Shown piece by piece: positions 13,773 through 24,835 of a DNA stretch of 64,000 nucleotides; the first letter of the stretch is position 1, and every line of letters begins with the position of its first letter. The stretch comes from Octopus sinensis (taxonomy: Eukaryota): assembly GCF_006345805.1 (NCBI RefSeq), contig NC_043000.1:134044001-134108000 (forward strand). The letters run 5' to 3'. A program made the position numbers and the translations under genes. Under the pieces are notes generated by a model that was given only the letters and a program-made list of their open reading frames with translations, was not told the origin of the DNA and did no database searches.

Positions 13773-14387
13773 ATAAAGCGCCCTCAAACATACGCCGTAA
13801 GGCTAAACCCCTTATGAGCGAAAAATCCACGGTAACCCCATAAAGCGCCCTCAAACATACGCCGTAAGGCTAAACCCTTTATGAGCGAGAAATCCACGGT
13901 AACCCCATAAAGCGCTCTGAAACATATGCCGTAAGGCTAAACCCCTTATGAGCGAGAAATCCACGGTAACCCCATAAAGCGCCCTCAAACATACGCCGTA
14001 AGGCTAAACCCCTTATGAGCGAGAAATCTACGGTAACCCCATAAAGCGCCCTCAAACATACGCCGTAAGGCTAAACCCCTTATGAGCGAGAAATCCACGG
14101 TAACCCCATAAAGCGCTCTGAAACATACGCCGTAAGGCTAAACCCCTTATGAGCGAAAAATCCACGGTAACCCCATAAAGCGCCCTCAAACATACGCCGT
14201 AAGGCTAAACCCCTTATGAGCGAGAAATCTACGGTAACCCCATAAAGCGCCCTCAAACATACGCCGTAAGGCTAAACCCCTTATGAGCGAGAAATCTACG
14301 GTAACCCCATAAAGCGCCCTCAAACATACGCCGTAAGGCTAAACCCCTTATGAGCGAGAAATCTACGGTAACCCCATAAAGCGCCCT
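13725..14387 (+). repeat. Tandem array, 10 x 67 bp, each unit being the 3' two-thirds of the hammerhead
   Basis: Units start at 13725, 13792, 13859 ... 14328 with exact 67-bp period. Unit: acgccgtaaggctaaaccccttatgagcgagaaatccacggtaaccccataaagcgccctcaaacat. There are no spacers. Confidence 0.95.
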
Positions 14388-14869
14388 ACCCCACTATAAT
14401 ATTAACTGCTCTACATCTTTGTAAGCCTAGTACTTCTCCTTCGGATTTATGCATTTCTACAATCGATATGTGTGTGTGTACGTGCACACACAAACATGTG
14501 TACCTGGAAGATTTTTGTCGCCTGAGATAAAGTAGTCAATGCTTTTTAGACACACCCGCACACATAAATCTGTCTCCAGTTTATTTTTCCATAGGGTATT
14601 AACATGGAATTGCTTTCAGTACTGACCAATTCTATAGTACACACGCACGCACACATACTGTGTGTGTGTGTGTGCGTGTGTGTGTGTGTATGTATGTATG
14701 TATGTATGTATGTATATACTGTATATACTGTATTGTTCCAGTGAATAATGCAAATTCTGAAACTGGAGGGGCTGAAATTCTAACTGTGGCGTGGGAGGAT
14801 AAGCACGCCATAGCCCCATCATGGTTACGTGCCTAGAAAATTAATGTTGCATTTCTCAAGCCAAATAAA

Positions 14870-15220
14870 GGCAGAGCAAGTTCTGCAGTACGTAAATGAT
14901 GAACTGATGTCCTTCAACTTGAAACACTATTGAAAAAATCTTGGTTGCTTTAAAAGCAGACATTTCGGCAGCCTGTCAGGAGACCTTAGGCTTCACAGCT
15001 AGAAAACATGAAGACCTGTTTGACGAGACCAACGCCCATATCCTTATAGGGTATGGGCGTTGATCGACAAAAAAGAGACCAGTTATTCATAACTACTAAA
15101 TAAGAATAATGAACGCAAAGGAAGAGCTTACCAGCAAGCAAAGGTAGCAATCTGGAAATAAATAAGTGCAAAAAGAGAAGAAAAAATTGGTAGCTGACGA
15201 ATGCAATCGAAATCCAGGAA
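14870..15220 (+). mobile_element. Old RTE (BovB-like) linker-region remnant
   Basis: ACQETLGFTARKHEDLFDETNAHIL...LIDKK...AYQQAK resembles the LGF..RK..DWFDEN motif. Confidence 0.5.
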
Positions 15221-15233
15221 AAAAATATATGTA

Positions 15234-15400
15234 TAGGCGTAGGAGTGGCTGTGTGGTAAGTAGCTTGCTTACCAACCACATGGTTCCTGGTTCAGTCCCA
15301 CTGCGTGGCACCTTGGGCAAGTGTCTTCTACTATAGCCTCGGGTCGACCAAAGCCTTGTGAGTGGATTTGGTAGACGGAAACTGAAAGAAGCCCGTTGTA

Positions 15401-15443
<43 letters not shown>

Positions 15444-15662
15444 TGTGTGTGTACATGTTTGTGTGTCTGTGTTTGTCCCCACCCCCAAACATCGCTTGAC
15501 AACCGATGGTAGTGTGCATACGTGCCCGTAACTTAGCGGTTCGGCAAAAGAGACCGATAGAATAAGTACTAGGCTTACAAAGAATAAGTCCTGGGGTCGA
15601 TTTGCTCGACTAAAGGCGGTGCTCCAGCATGGCCACAGTCAAATAATTGAATCAAGTAAAGA
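15234..15662 (+). mobile_element. Near full-length tRNA-derived SINE with CORE-like domain (octopus OR2-like family)
   Basis: A-box-like gtggctgtgtggt, B-box-like ggttcagtccc, central gcaccttgggcaagtg, internal (TA)n/(TG)n and tail gctccagcatggccacagtc...aagtaaa. Related copies at ~865-1025(-), 3896-4256(-), 5128-5320(+), 15778-15872 + 18640-18716(-), 27610-27770(-) and 39255-39530(-). Confidence 0.8.
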
Positions 15663-15872
15663 GGGTATGACATAATAGATTTCTTTAACACAATCTATTG
15701 CCCAGGTACAACAAGCCTAACAATCCGCAAATCTTAAGACTGTACAAAACTTATATAATGTATTTTTTATTCTTTTATTCTTTTACTTGTTTCAGTCATT
15801 GACTGCGGCCATGCTGGAGCACCGCCTTTAGTCGAGCAAAACAACCCCAGGACTTATTCTTTGTAAACCTAG

Positions 15873-18639
15873 TGTAACGAACTTCTAGAGTGAATATCTT
15901 CTCTTGTACTTTCGGGGTACAAGAAAGCAATCACTAGCCGTTGCTTTAATAATCCAGAATTCTACCAGTCAGAAACAACAAGACGCAGACGTAAAATATA
16001 TATATACTACTTTATTCTCTTTCTTGGTAACAATAACAATAAGTGGTTATCTGATGTCCTTGGTTCGGGGCGCGCAAGGCTGAAAGTTAATCGATTGTAA
16101 TATTTACAATATTCAGCCGCTAAAACCAGAACGGGTTCAAGATGGCGTCGAACAGGGAAGTTGAATGTGGTCGGCAACAATTTGGTTAAAGGCATTCGGC
16201 GACTGCTGCTAGAATCAAGTCCTGACGGAGAGAGAATATACGTGACCGTTGCCTTCGATAGCCATGTCTCAAAGTCTCCGCTGACTGCTGCTAGTGGTCA
16301 AACGTTATACGACCCCCTTGCCTCGCTAACTGCTACGTAGGCAATAGGGTTCTTCTTCCGGTGCTTCGCGCATGCGCGAGAGGGCCCTTCCTTTCTGTGC
16401 CTTGGTGAAGGCACCAACACTCGCACGCGCGAAATAGAAAATGGACGGTGCGCGCGCGCGCACCGTTATAGGATTACTACAAGGCTCCCCTCCAGTGCGT
16501 ACGCACGAAAGGAAACTTATTGTAGTGACTGCAAAACTCAAGGTGGACACCAGATAACCAAATAGCACACAATAATATAATGGCAAAATTTATAACATAC
16601 ACAAGAAATTTACTAAAGGAAAAAGAGAAAAAATACTCAATGAGCAAAAATCAAGAGTGCATGCATGAAAGTGTATACGTCACAAAGTATAGAACCTTCC
16701 GCTGAAGGGAGCGGAAGAAAAGGCAGAACTCACAGTTATTGAACCTAGGCGAAATTAAAATCCAACTTCTCTAAAGGTAGTTGATCCTGCGAAATAGCAG
16801 TTAAATCAATTGCTGCAGGAGAGGAAATGGAATTGACAGAATAGATCGCTAGTAACACAAAAGGCAAAAGTGCAAACATGCTGGTGTGATGCGCGACACA
16901 GATAATTTTCTCTGTTAATTACGTGACCAACAGTGGTCTAACAGGGAAAAATAATTACGCCTAAACATGGCGCAGCGCATATGAACTTCCGACGTCCTAT
17001 GAGTCGGGAAAAGAACTAAGCCAACGCAAACTGTTGCAAAAAACAAGGTAATACACGTGCGAAGCAAGGCGCATGAAATGCAATAGTGCTTGCCAGACCG
17101 AAAAACAGCAATGAATATGCCAGTGGTTGAGCGATTATATGCCTCGTTCGCACAGGAACAAAAGTATGACATGCTGGCGCGTTATAATGGACAAACAACC
17201 CTCTCTATGTATACGTGACCGCTAGGGTCTATAGAAATGAGGTGTGTCCACAAAAGGCAAATTTAGCATGGAAAAAACAAGCGAGAAAAGCATGTGTGAC
17301 GTATGTATGTGAGAGATAGCATTTATGTGTGTGTACGTGTGTGCGACAAAAATACATACAAGGTGAATGCGAGCAAAATATAAAAAAAAATACAGCGCAT
17401 AGAAAAATGTCTCTCATGTGCTATTTCAGACAAGAGTTAATTTACCAGTCTGTAATAGCCTGATGCACAATAGCAGTTCGTTCTGTAACAGAATGTTGAG
17501 ATCACAAATGCAGATGCCGATTGAACACATATCGTGTAGCGGTTGTGGCTTCAATGCTGTGACAGGTTAACTGGAACAGAAGAAATCTCGTAGATAGTGC
17601 TGGGCTGTGAATTCTTGGTGTGCTAATGCACAAACGGCAAGTGGACCAAACTTCCGCGAGTTGCTATGTACATCTTGGTGGAGGTCGACGGTGTTGAAAG
17701 GCGACGGTGGTGGTGGCGACTGTAGTGGACTTGAGACAACATCGTTGTTAGTGATGATGGCGACGAAGATAACGACGACGTGAAGTTCTAAGACGACGAT
17801 GATGATGACGAAGGTGGAGAAAAGGCATCGAATATATGATGGCGTCCGTCATCATGGCTGTAGAATAAGAAAGGCTCCTTCTACAACTGTTTGTGGTGGC
17901 CGGAAACAAATCGTCGAAAGATGAATGCGTAGAGTTAAATCGTGTTCCGACTTCGCAGAAAAACTGGATTTTTTTTTGTTGATAAGTGATCTCTGGTTTT
18001 AGACCAGAATCACGTCGGGAGGTCACCACTGTAACGAACTTAGTGAGTGAATATCTTCTCTTGTACTTTCGGGGTACAAGAAAGCAATCACTAGCCGTTG
18101 CTTTAATAATCCAGAATTCTACCAGTCAGAAACAACAAGACGCAGACGTAAAATATATATATACTACTTTATTCTCTTTCTTGGTAACAATAACAATAAG
18201 TGGTTATCTGATGTCCTTGGTTCGGGGCGCGCAAGGCTGAAAGTTAATCGATTGTAATATTTACAATATTCAGCCGCTAAAACCAGAACGGGTTCAAGAT
18301 GGCGTCGAACAGGGAAGTTGAATGTGGTCGGCAACAATTTGGTTAAAGGCATTCGGCCGACTGCTGCTAGAATCAAGTCCTGACGGAGAGAGAATATACG
18401 TGACCGTTGCCTTCGATAGCCATGTCTCAAAGTCTCCGCTGACTGCTGCTAGTGGTCAAACGTTATACGACCCCCTTGCCTCGCTAACTGCTACGTAGGC
18501 AATAGGGTTCTTCTTCCGGTGCTTCGCGCATGCGCGAGAGGGCCCTTCCTTTCTGTGCCTTGGTGAAGGCACCAACACTCGCACGCGCGAAATAGAAAAT
18601 GGACGGTGCGCGCGCGCGCACCGTTATAGGATCACTACA
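15873..18639 (-). mobile_element. Non-autonomous LTR retroelement (Gypsy/CsRn1-like signals) with no intact ORF
   Basis: LTRs 15873-16481 and 18030-18639, both TG...CA. 4-bp TSD CTAG (15869-72 / 18640-43). PBS complementary to tRNA-Trp at 18007-18028 and PPT GGAGGGGAG at 16485-16493, both on the minus strand. Inserted into a SINE. Confidence 0.93.
18007..18028 (-). promoter_or_regulatory. tRNA-Trp primer-binding site
   Basis: Reads TGGTGACC[TC]CCGACGTGATTC one base inside the 5' LTR. The complement of the tRNA-Trp 3' end is TGGTGACCCCGACGTGATTC, so there is a 2-nt insertion. Confidence 0.85.
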
Positions 18640-18893
18640 CTAGTACTTTTTCTATCGGTCTGTTTTGCCGAACCGCTAAGTTACAGGGACGTAAACACAC
18701 CAGCATCGGTTGTCAATGTAATACATACATACATACATACATACATACAAACAAAAATACCCTGTTGTTGATGTGGAAATTCCAATGAAGGAACCTTGGT
18801 TCTAGGTTAGAAGCCGGCTCTTTCTCTATTGGCAAGAAATCTTGAAATAAAACTGAAGAATGACATACATACATGCATGCATGCATACATACA

Positions 18894-18927
<34 letters not shown>

Positions 18928-19244
18928 CATACATACATGTGACCATCTTCGGAGTTTGTGTGTGTGCAAGTGTATGAGTGTTTCTGTATGTATCTTCGTA
19001 TGTTTCCATGTGTGTATATGAGTGAATATATCTCTTTGTCTGTCTGCCTCACAAGATCGTTATTTAGGGACAATTCTCGAGCTGTTTACGGTTTTTATTG
19101 CTTTATTAACCGCTGGCCAACATGTCTACTTGACCCAACTTCTCCACACCCACGTCAGCCATACATACCATCACCAACAACAATACCATATCCATGCTAA
19201 TCTTCTTCCTTTCCCATCTTTCTCATCATCATTACAATGACTAT

Positions 19245-19788
19245 TGTTGCTTGTTCCTTCTCGAGCCACGCCTGGCTCATAAGGGCCGGTTTCCCGGTTT
19301 CCTTGGCGTATAGGTTCCCCACCTGGACGGGACGATGGTCCGTCGCAGGTGAGCTGCAAGATGCAGGAGGTAAGAGTGAGAGAAAGGCGGCGAGGTGGCA
19401 GACACGTTAGCACACCGGGCGAAATACTTAGCGATATTTCCTCTACCGCTACGTTCTGAGTTCAAATTCCGCCGAGGTCGACTTTGCCCTTTATCCTTTC
19501 GGGGTCGATTAAATAAGTACCAGTTACGCACTGGGGTCGATATAATCGACTTAATCCGTTTGTCTGTCCTTTTTTCCCCCCTCTGTGTTTAGCCCCTTGT
19601 GGGCAATAAAGAAATAAGAAAGTTGTAGCGAAAGAGTCAGCAGAAGTTCGCCATTACCTTCTGCCGGAGCCGCGTGGAGCTTAGGTGTTTCGCTCATAAA
19701 CACACACATCGCCCGATCAGAGATTCGAACCCTAGATCCTTCGACGGCGAGTCGGCTGCTCTAACCACTAGGCCATGTGCCTCCACAC
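19245..19788 (-). mobile_element. Third tRNA-derived SINE family (split by the insertion at 19387-19616)
   Basis: Minus strand head gtggaggcacatggcctagtggttagagcagc...agggttcgaatc (A and B boxes), body ctaagctccacgcggctccggcag and tail aaaccggcccttatgagcc. Confidence 0.75.
19387..19616 (+). mobile_element. tRNA-derived SINE with Meta-domain-like core, inserted in another SINE
   Basis: ggcggcgag(c)tggcag...gagttcaaattc...gtcgactttgcctttcatcctttcggggtcgat...aagtaccag, with TSD AGAAAG at 19381-86 / 19617-22. Related copies at ~19838-20062(-), 21281-21513(+), 26948-27171(-), 28728-28937(+) and 63054-63260(+), plus degenerate ones at 37.4, 38.2-38.5 and 59 kb. Confidence 0.8.
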
Positions 19789-21124
19789 AATGACTATTAC
19801 CCACCACCATTTCCCATACATACTATACCTGTTTCTTTACTACCCACAAGGGGCTAGACACGGAGGGGACAAACAATGACAGACAAACGGATTAAGTCGA
19901 TTATATCGACCCCAATGCGTAACTGGTACTTATTTAATCGACCCCGAAAGGATGAAAGGCAAAGTCGACCTCGGTGGAATTTGAACTCAGAACGTAGCGG
20001 CAGTCGAAATACCGCTAAGCATTTCGCCCGACATGCTAACGTTTCTGCCAGCTCGCCGCCTTATTAGTAATATCAGGCCAGAGTGATTTAGTTCTTATTT
20101 CAGATGTAGATCCCTGTCATGAGTTCTCATCACAATGAAGGCATATATCAGTCTGGCAAGAGCAAGTCTCTGCTTCCGAGACGTCATAGAACTTAAAAAC
20201 GAAAAGTTCCGCTATGCGAACGATTAGAGAACCGCAACTGTTCTTGCCTATACTACAATTTGCTGCATTTATTAGTGTGTTAACTCTGGAAGTAGCAGTA
20301 TTTCGTTGTTACACGGTGTCCAAAAACATGCCTCTTCAACAAGCAGGCTCAGGTGTGGCAATTTAGTCCCCAACGACCCAGCTATGCGCAGATTGTGCTG
20401 GCTTACGTGGTTACCCGTTGCAGGTCTCTCGTTATCAGATCGTTGACCACACACACACACGTACACATTCAAACCTACACGTAGAATAAATAAAAATTTT
20501 AAAAAACTGCGCTAAAATTTTTTACATGATTTCAAAATACAAATAGTCACAGTTCTTTCTCATATCATTCTAAAATACAATGTAAAATCTAAATTTCAGG
20601 GTACAGCATTACAACGTAATGTCACACAACATGTTTGTAAATAGGAGTGTAGTCGTGTTAATTAAAACAATGCATTTACTTTCAGTCGATATTTGTAAAT
20701 AAATCGTGTTTCTTTGTTGATCCGTTGTTGTTCAGATGTTTAACAACCACTCTGGTTAAACGGGAAAATAATTTATTTTGACGAGGATAGTCTCCCACAG
20801 ATAATTGTATATTAACTCAAGAGAATTTTCTTGCATACAGCCTCCAGATTTGTTGACGATGTAATGTCACTCACGATGAAGTGTCATGCCTGCTTCCCCC
20901 AGCGTAATGTTCTCAACAACTTTTGCATGTTGAAGAATATATTAAACTTTCGGAGTAATATGAAAAGTTTGTTTAAAAGTTTAATTAGAATATCGTCTTT
21001 AATTCTCATATTTTTATTCTGTAGCTTTGATGGTGACAATGACATAAAATACTTCGTTAGAGGAATTCGATAGAAAAAACTGTGCAGATGTCACAGTGCA
21101 TGTGTGTGTATGTGTGTGTGTGTA

Positions 21125-24100
21125 CTAGCAAATGCACCCGTCCTTTGGACGGTGTAATTTATTATAATGGTGCGTTCCAGTGGACGGTTTAAGTTGAATT
21201 AGCACGCAGTTAGAAGTCGTTTCAAGTTGATAAGCGTAAACTGTATAAGTACCATTTTCGTTAGCAGTTTATATGGTATTAAGCGGCGAGCTGGCAGAAT
21301 CGTTAGCGTACTGGACGAAATGCTTAGCGGTATTTCGTCTGCCGCTACGTTCTGAGTTCAAATTCCGCCGAGGTCGACTTTGCCTTTCATCCTTTGGGGG
21401 TCGATTAAATAAGTACCAGTTACGCACTGGGATCGATATAATCGACTTAATCCGTTTGTCTGTCCTTGTTTGTCTCCTCTGTGTTTAGCCCCTTGTGGGT
21501 AGTAAAGAAATAGGTATTAAGCAACTTAAGTAATAAATAAATTTTTTGAATACAAATTTGGTAGTTAGTAATAAATGAAAGTCCATGAAATGAGATCGCT
21601 ATTGCAGTAGATATTAGATATCCTATATCTTACTTGAAGCGTTTTGTATCATGTACTTATTTTTCTCGTAATGACACAGCTGCATTGAAGCTTTTTTTTT
21701 TTTCAATGAAAGTCATGTATGATAAAGAAAAGCATACATTTATAACAAACACACAAATAGAATAATGGCATGTACAAAAATAAATATCAGAGCATGTTTA
21801 TGAGCGAACAGCGTGTGTGAAGTAATGAGGGTTGTTGAAGGTAATGTACTGTTAACAGCAATCAGGGAAATATCAATGAAATGATTGCAGGAAGTCTGAT
21901 TGTTAACGGCTACAGTTTGGCGAAGATTGCAGTAGGGCTGCTTTGTAGACGACATTTTTGGTTTTTCCTTCAGGGGCGTAGATGAATAAGTTGTCTGGAT
22001 GGTCAACTTTAGAAGAACCGACGTAGAACTGTCCATGTGAAAAGCACGACGTTCGGTGATCCAATCCGAAAACTTTCAGCGACTGACCTTGTGCTTTGTT
22101 AATTGTCATGGCAAAGCTGAGTTTGAGAGGGAATTCTCAAGTCTCTACATAGAGTAAGAGCAGTTTGTTGGGGTTAGCTGAATTTTCGGAATGAGAACAG
22201 TATTGTTTTTGCCGTGTCCCGTGATAATTTGGGCTTCAATGACGTGGTCCGTCATTTGTTTGACCACAAGGCGAGTTCTATTGCATAGTGTGGGTGCATT
22301 TAGATTACGTAGGAGGATGACATGGCAACCGACTTTTAAATGAAGTTCATGGGGAGGGAGTCCTGGAGGATCTTGGGAGTTGAGAAATCCTGTTGGAACG
22401 TGTGTAACCTGATCAAGGTCGGTAACGGTGTCAACTGATCTGTAACAACGTTTTTGAGAAGTTGTAGATAAGAGTGTTGACAGCTGCATTTATAGGTGCA
22501 AGAACAGCCTTGTCGCGAAGCCAATCTGGTTTTATGTATTCCATTGTAAGATTTGGGTAAACGGCAGAACATAAGTCATCAGGGCTGGAGACAGTGTGGC
22601 CAATGGTGGTAGTGTCAATGTATCCGTTGTCGTCGGACGTAACTTGTCCATTGCCGATTTTAAGGAGGATTTCTGAAACCTGGGTTGTAGGCTGACCTGT
22701 CTGTATAAGTGATCTTATGTTGATGGTGAGTTGTTTAGATTGGACATGCGACCAAAGGAGGGATTTTTTAAGGCAGGAATTAAGTTCATCAGCAGGTGTT
22801 CCTTTGGGTATAAAAGGCAAAGTTTGTCGAAAATTTCCTGCAAGAAGTAGAGTTGCACCTCCAAGGATGTTATTGTTCGATCTAAGGTTTCATTGTGGTA
22901 TCAAGTGCTTGTAGGGAACATTTATGGGACATAGCTGCTTTATCCCAAACAATGAGTTTGCACTTTTCCAAAACTATCGCTTCGTCCGAGGATTGCATTA
23001 TGTGACATATTGGGTTTTCTTGGTGTGCTACATCGAAAGGCAATTTGAAGGTAGAGTGTGCTGTTCGTCCGCCGTCGGGGAGAGTCGAGGCTATTCCTGA
23101 GGAGACAATAACAATAGCAAGGTCACCATTATGTCGCAACTTCGCAAAAAGAAGATTCAGGAGGAATGTTTTTCCAGTTCCACCGGGTGCGTCTAAGAAG
23201 ATGGTTTCGCCAGTGTGTGTGTTGATGTTTCCGATAACAAAATTGTATACGTCGGTTTGATCGGAAGTCAGAAGGGGCTCGTTGTCAGCAATGTATTGTT
23301 TGGGTTTATGAATGTTGTAGGATGTTTCTCTGAGAATGAGGTGATTGGGACAGGCGTCTTCATTTCTCTCTGGAGTGTTGAGAGAATAAGCGTCTAATCG
23401 TTGACCTTCATTTGCCATAACCAAGTCTTCCAAGAGAAGAAGCCCTCTGTTGCAAATGTAGTGGAAGTGTCAACGCTACCTGGGATTTGGCGAGTCTGCG
23501 GCAAAGTGTCATGGCACATTGTGTCTGTGTATTTATTTCAAAGTGAATGTGCGTCTGTCAGGGCGCAGAAAACCAGCATTAATGCAAAAAGATGTCGGAG
23601 TTTGTGCGGAGAACGACACAGCGAGGCCTCTTCGAGCGCATTATTATATTGATCATATCTATCCAAAAGTCCGCGTTTGGAGCAGGCATCTTTGAAAGTG
23701 CCACATGAATGACCGTCAACTGTGAGAAGGTCGTCGACGAAGGTCGGTCCCTTAATGGCATGAAGCAAGAGCCGCAGATGGAAGCATTCGAAGTCCAAGG
23801 GGTGAACTGTAGAGACTGTGTCACCTTTGTTCACGGCTGGATGCAACTGCGTAGGCCGGCCTTGTTTTCGCCGTTACCACAGGGAAGATGGTTGATTCCA
23901 TGTATAATAATGTGGCACTTCAACGTACAAAATAGACTTTGCGAAGGGGTCGACTTTGCATAGATGAAAGAAGGCCTTAAGAGTGGTCTTCGGCGGGGCA
24001 GCTGCTTCTTGAATGGGGTTGTCTTCTGTGAAGTAAATTCGCTGCCTATCTTCCAAATAAACGCTGAGATGAATCATAGGAGGGTATCATTCGTGAACTG

Positions 24101-24445
24101 GAAATCCTAAGGTTCTCTATATGGCTTCATTGGTGGATATGTAGCGTCCAGTTTCGAAAAGAGTCACTTCATCATTTGTAAAATCTGTTGATCGTGTAGA
24201 TTTTATTTGAAAACGGCTCTGTCCGATCCTTTGGTAATGTACTTGCATACGTAACGTATGGATTTAACAGAATTACAGAATTCTACGATAATGTGTGCAT
24301 GAAATGTTCTGCAGAGCATCTTGAGGTGAACTGTAGAGACCCAAAAATGTAGCGGGGGGATACAGACGTAAGGGAGACAAGCAATTTCTGAATGTTACTG
24401 CGCAGAGTTACCTCCCTTGTCCGAAATAGTCACTATATATCAGAA
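21125..24445 (-). mobile_element. Internally deleted Helitron with decayed Rep C-terminus and PIF1 helicase (5' boundary uncertain)
   Basis: 3' end has hairpin ccgtcc-aaa-ggacgg (21138-21152) and CTAG|T at 21125-21128. Coding remnants lie at ~21900-24330. Confidence 0.9.
21903..24320 (-). pseudogene. Helitron RepHel remnant (PIF1-like SF1 helicase)
   Basis: FHAHIIVEFCNSVKSIRYVCKYITKGSD; GRYISTNEA; FLDAPGGTGKTFL (Walker A); VSSGIASTLPDGGRTAHSTFKLP; NSQDPPGLPPHELHLKVGCHVILLRNLNAPTLCNRTRL; MTINKAQGQSL...FSHGQFYVGSSKV. Multiple stops and frameshifts. Confidence 0.93.
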
Positions 24446-24835
24446 ATGGAGGGGGGGTAACCTTTCTCTAGAAGCCCCATCATCATCATTATCATCGTTT
24501 GACGTCCGCTTTCCATGGTAGCTTAGTGCAAAATTTAAAGAATGTAACACCATCTGTGATGCGTTTGCCACGCGTGAACGAATTGGATGAAGATATTGAT
24601 TTTACGTGAGATCACCCGAATGGCCAGTCACGTACACACACACACACACATCTTCCGTCTTATATGTTATTATAGATTTATATATTGTATCTATGTTTCT
24701 ATATATGTTTTCTTTTTCTCTTAATCTAGAGTTAATTTTGACCAGCCACCCGTATGGTGGCTAGGTTGTGAAGGAAAGCATTTTGTTTTGCTCCTCATTT
24801 TAAGAAGATTTAATAGAATATCTTTTGGGGTTTTT

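Larger units (their letters stand above)
13066..14400 (-). mobile_element. 5'-truncated Penelope-like element (PLE) with inverted terminal repeat (pLTR) copies
   Basis: GIY-YIG endonuclease remnant at 13305-13670. 13066-13184 is the reverse complement of the right arm starting at 13677, whose end reads ...accccactataat at 14400. Both arms contain a hammerhead core. Confidence 0.85.

Noticed and set aside
13725-14387. CRISPR-like array
   Set aside because: The units are contiguous near-identical 67-mers with no unique spacers, there are no cas genes and the context is eukaryotic.
16007-18430. Duplicated small ORFs (MPLTKLLPTTFNF...) as a gene pair
   Set aside because: They are the same sequence in the two LTRs, not independent genes.
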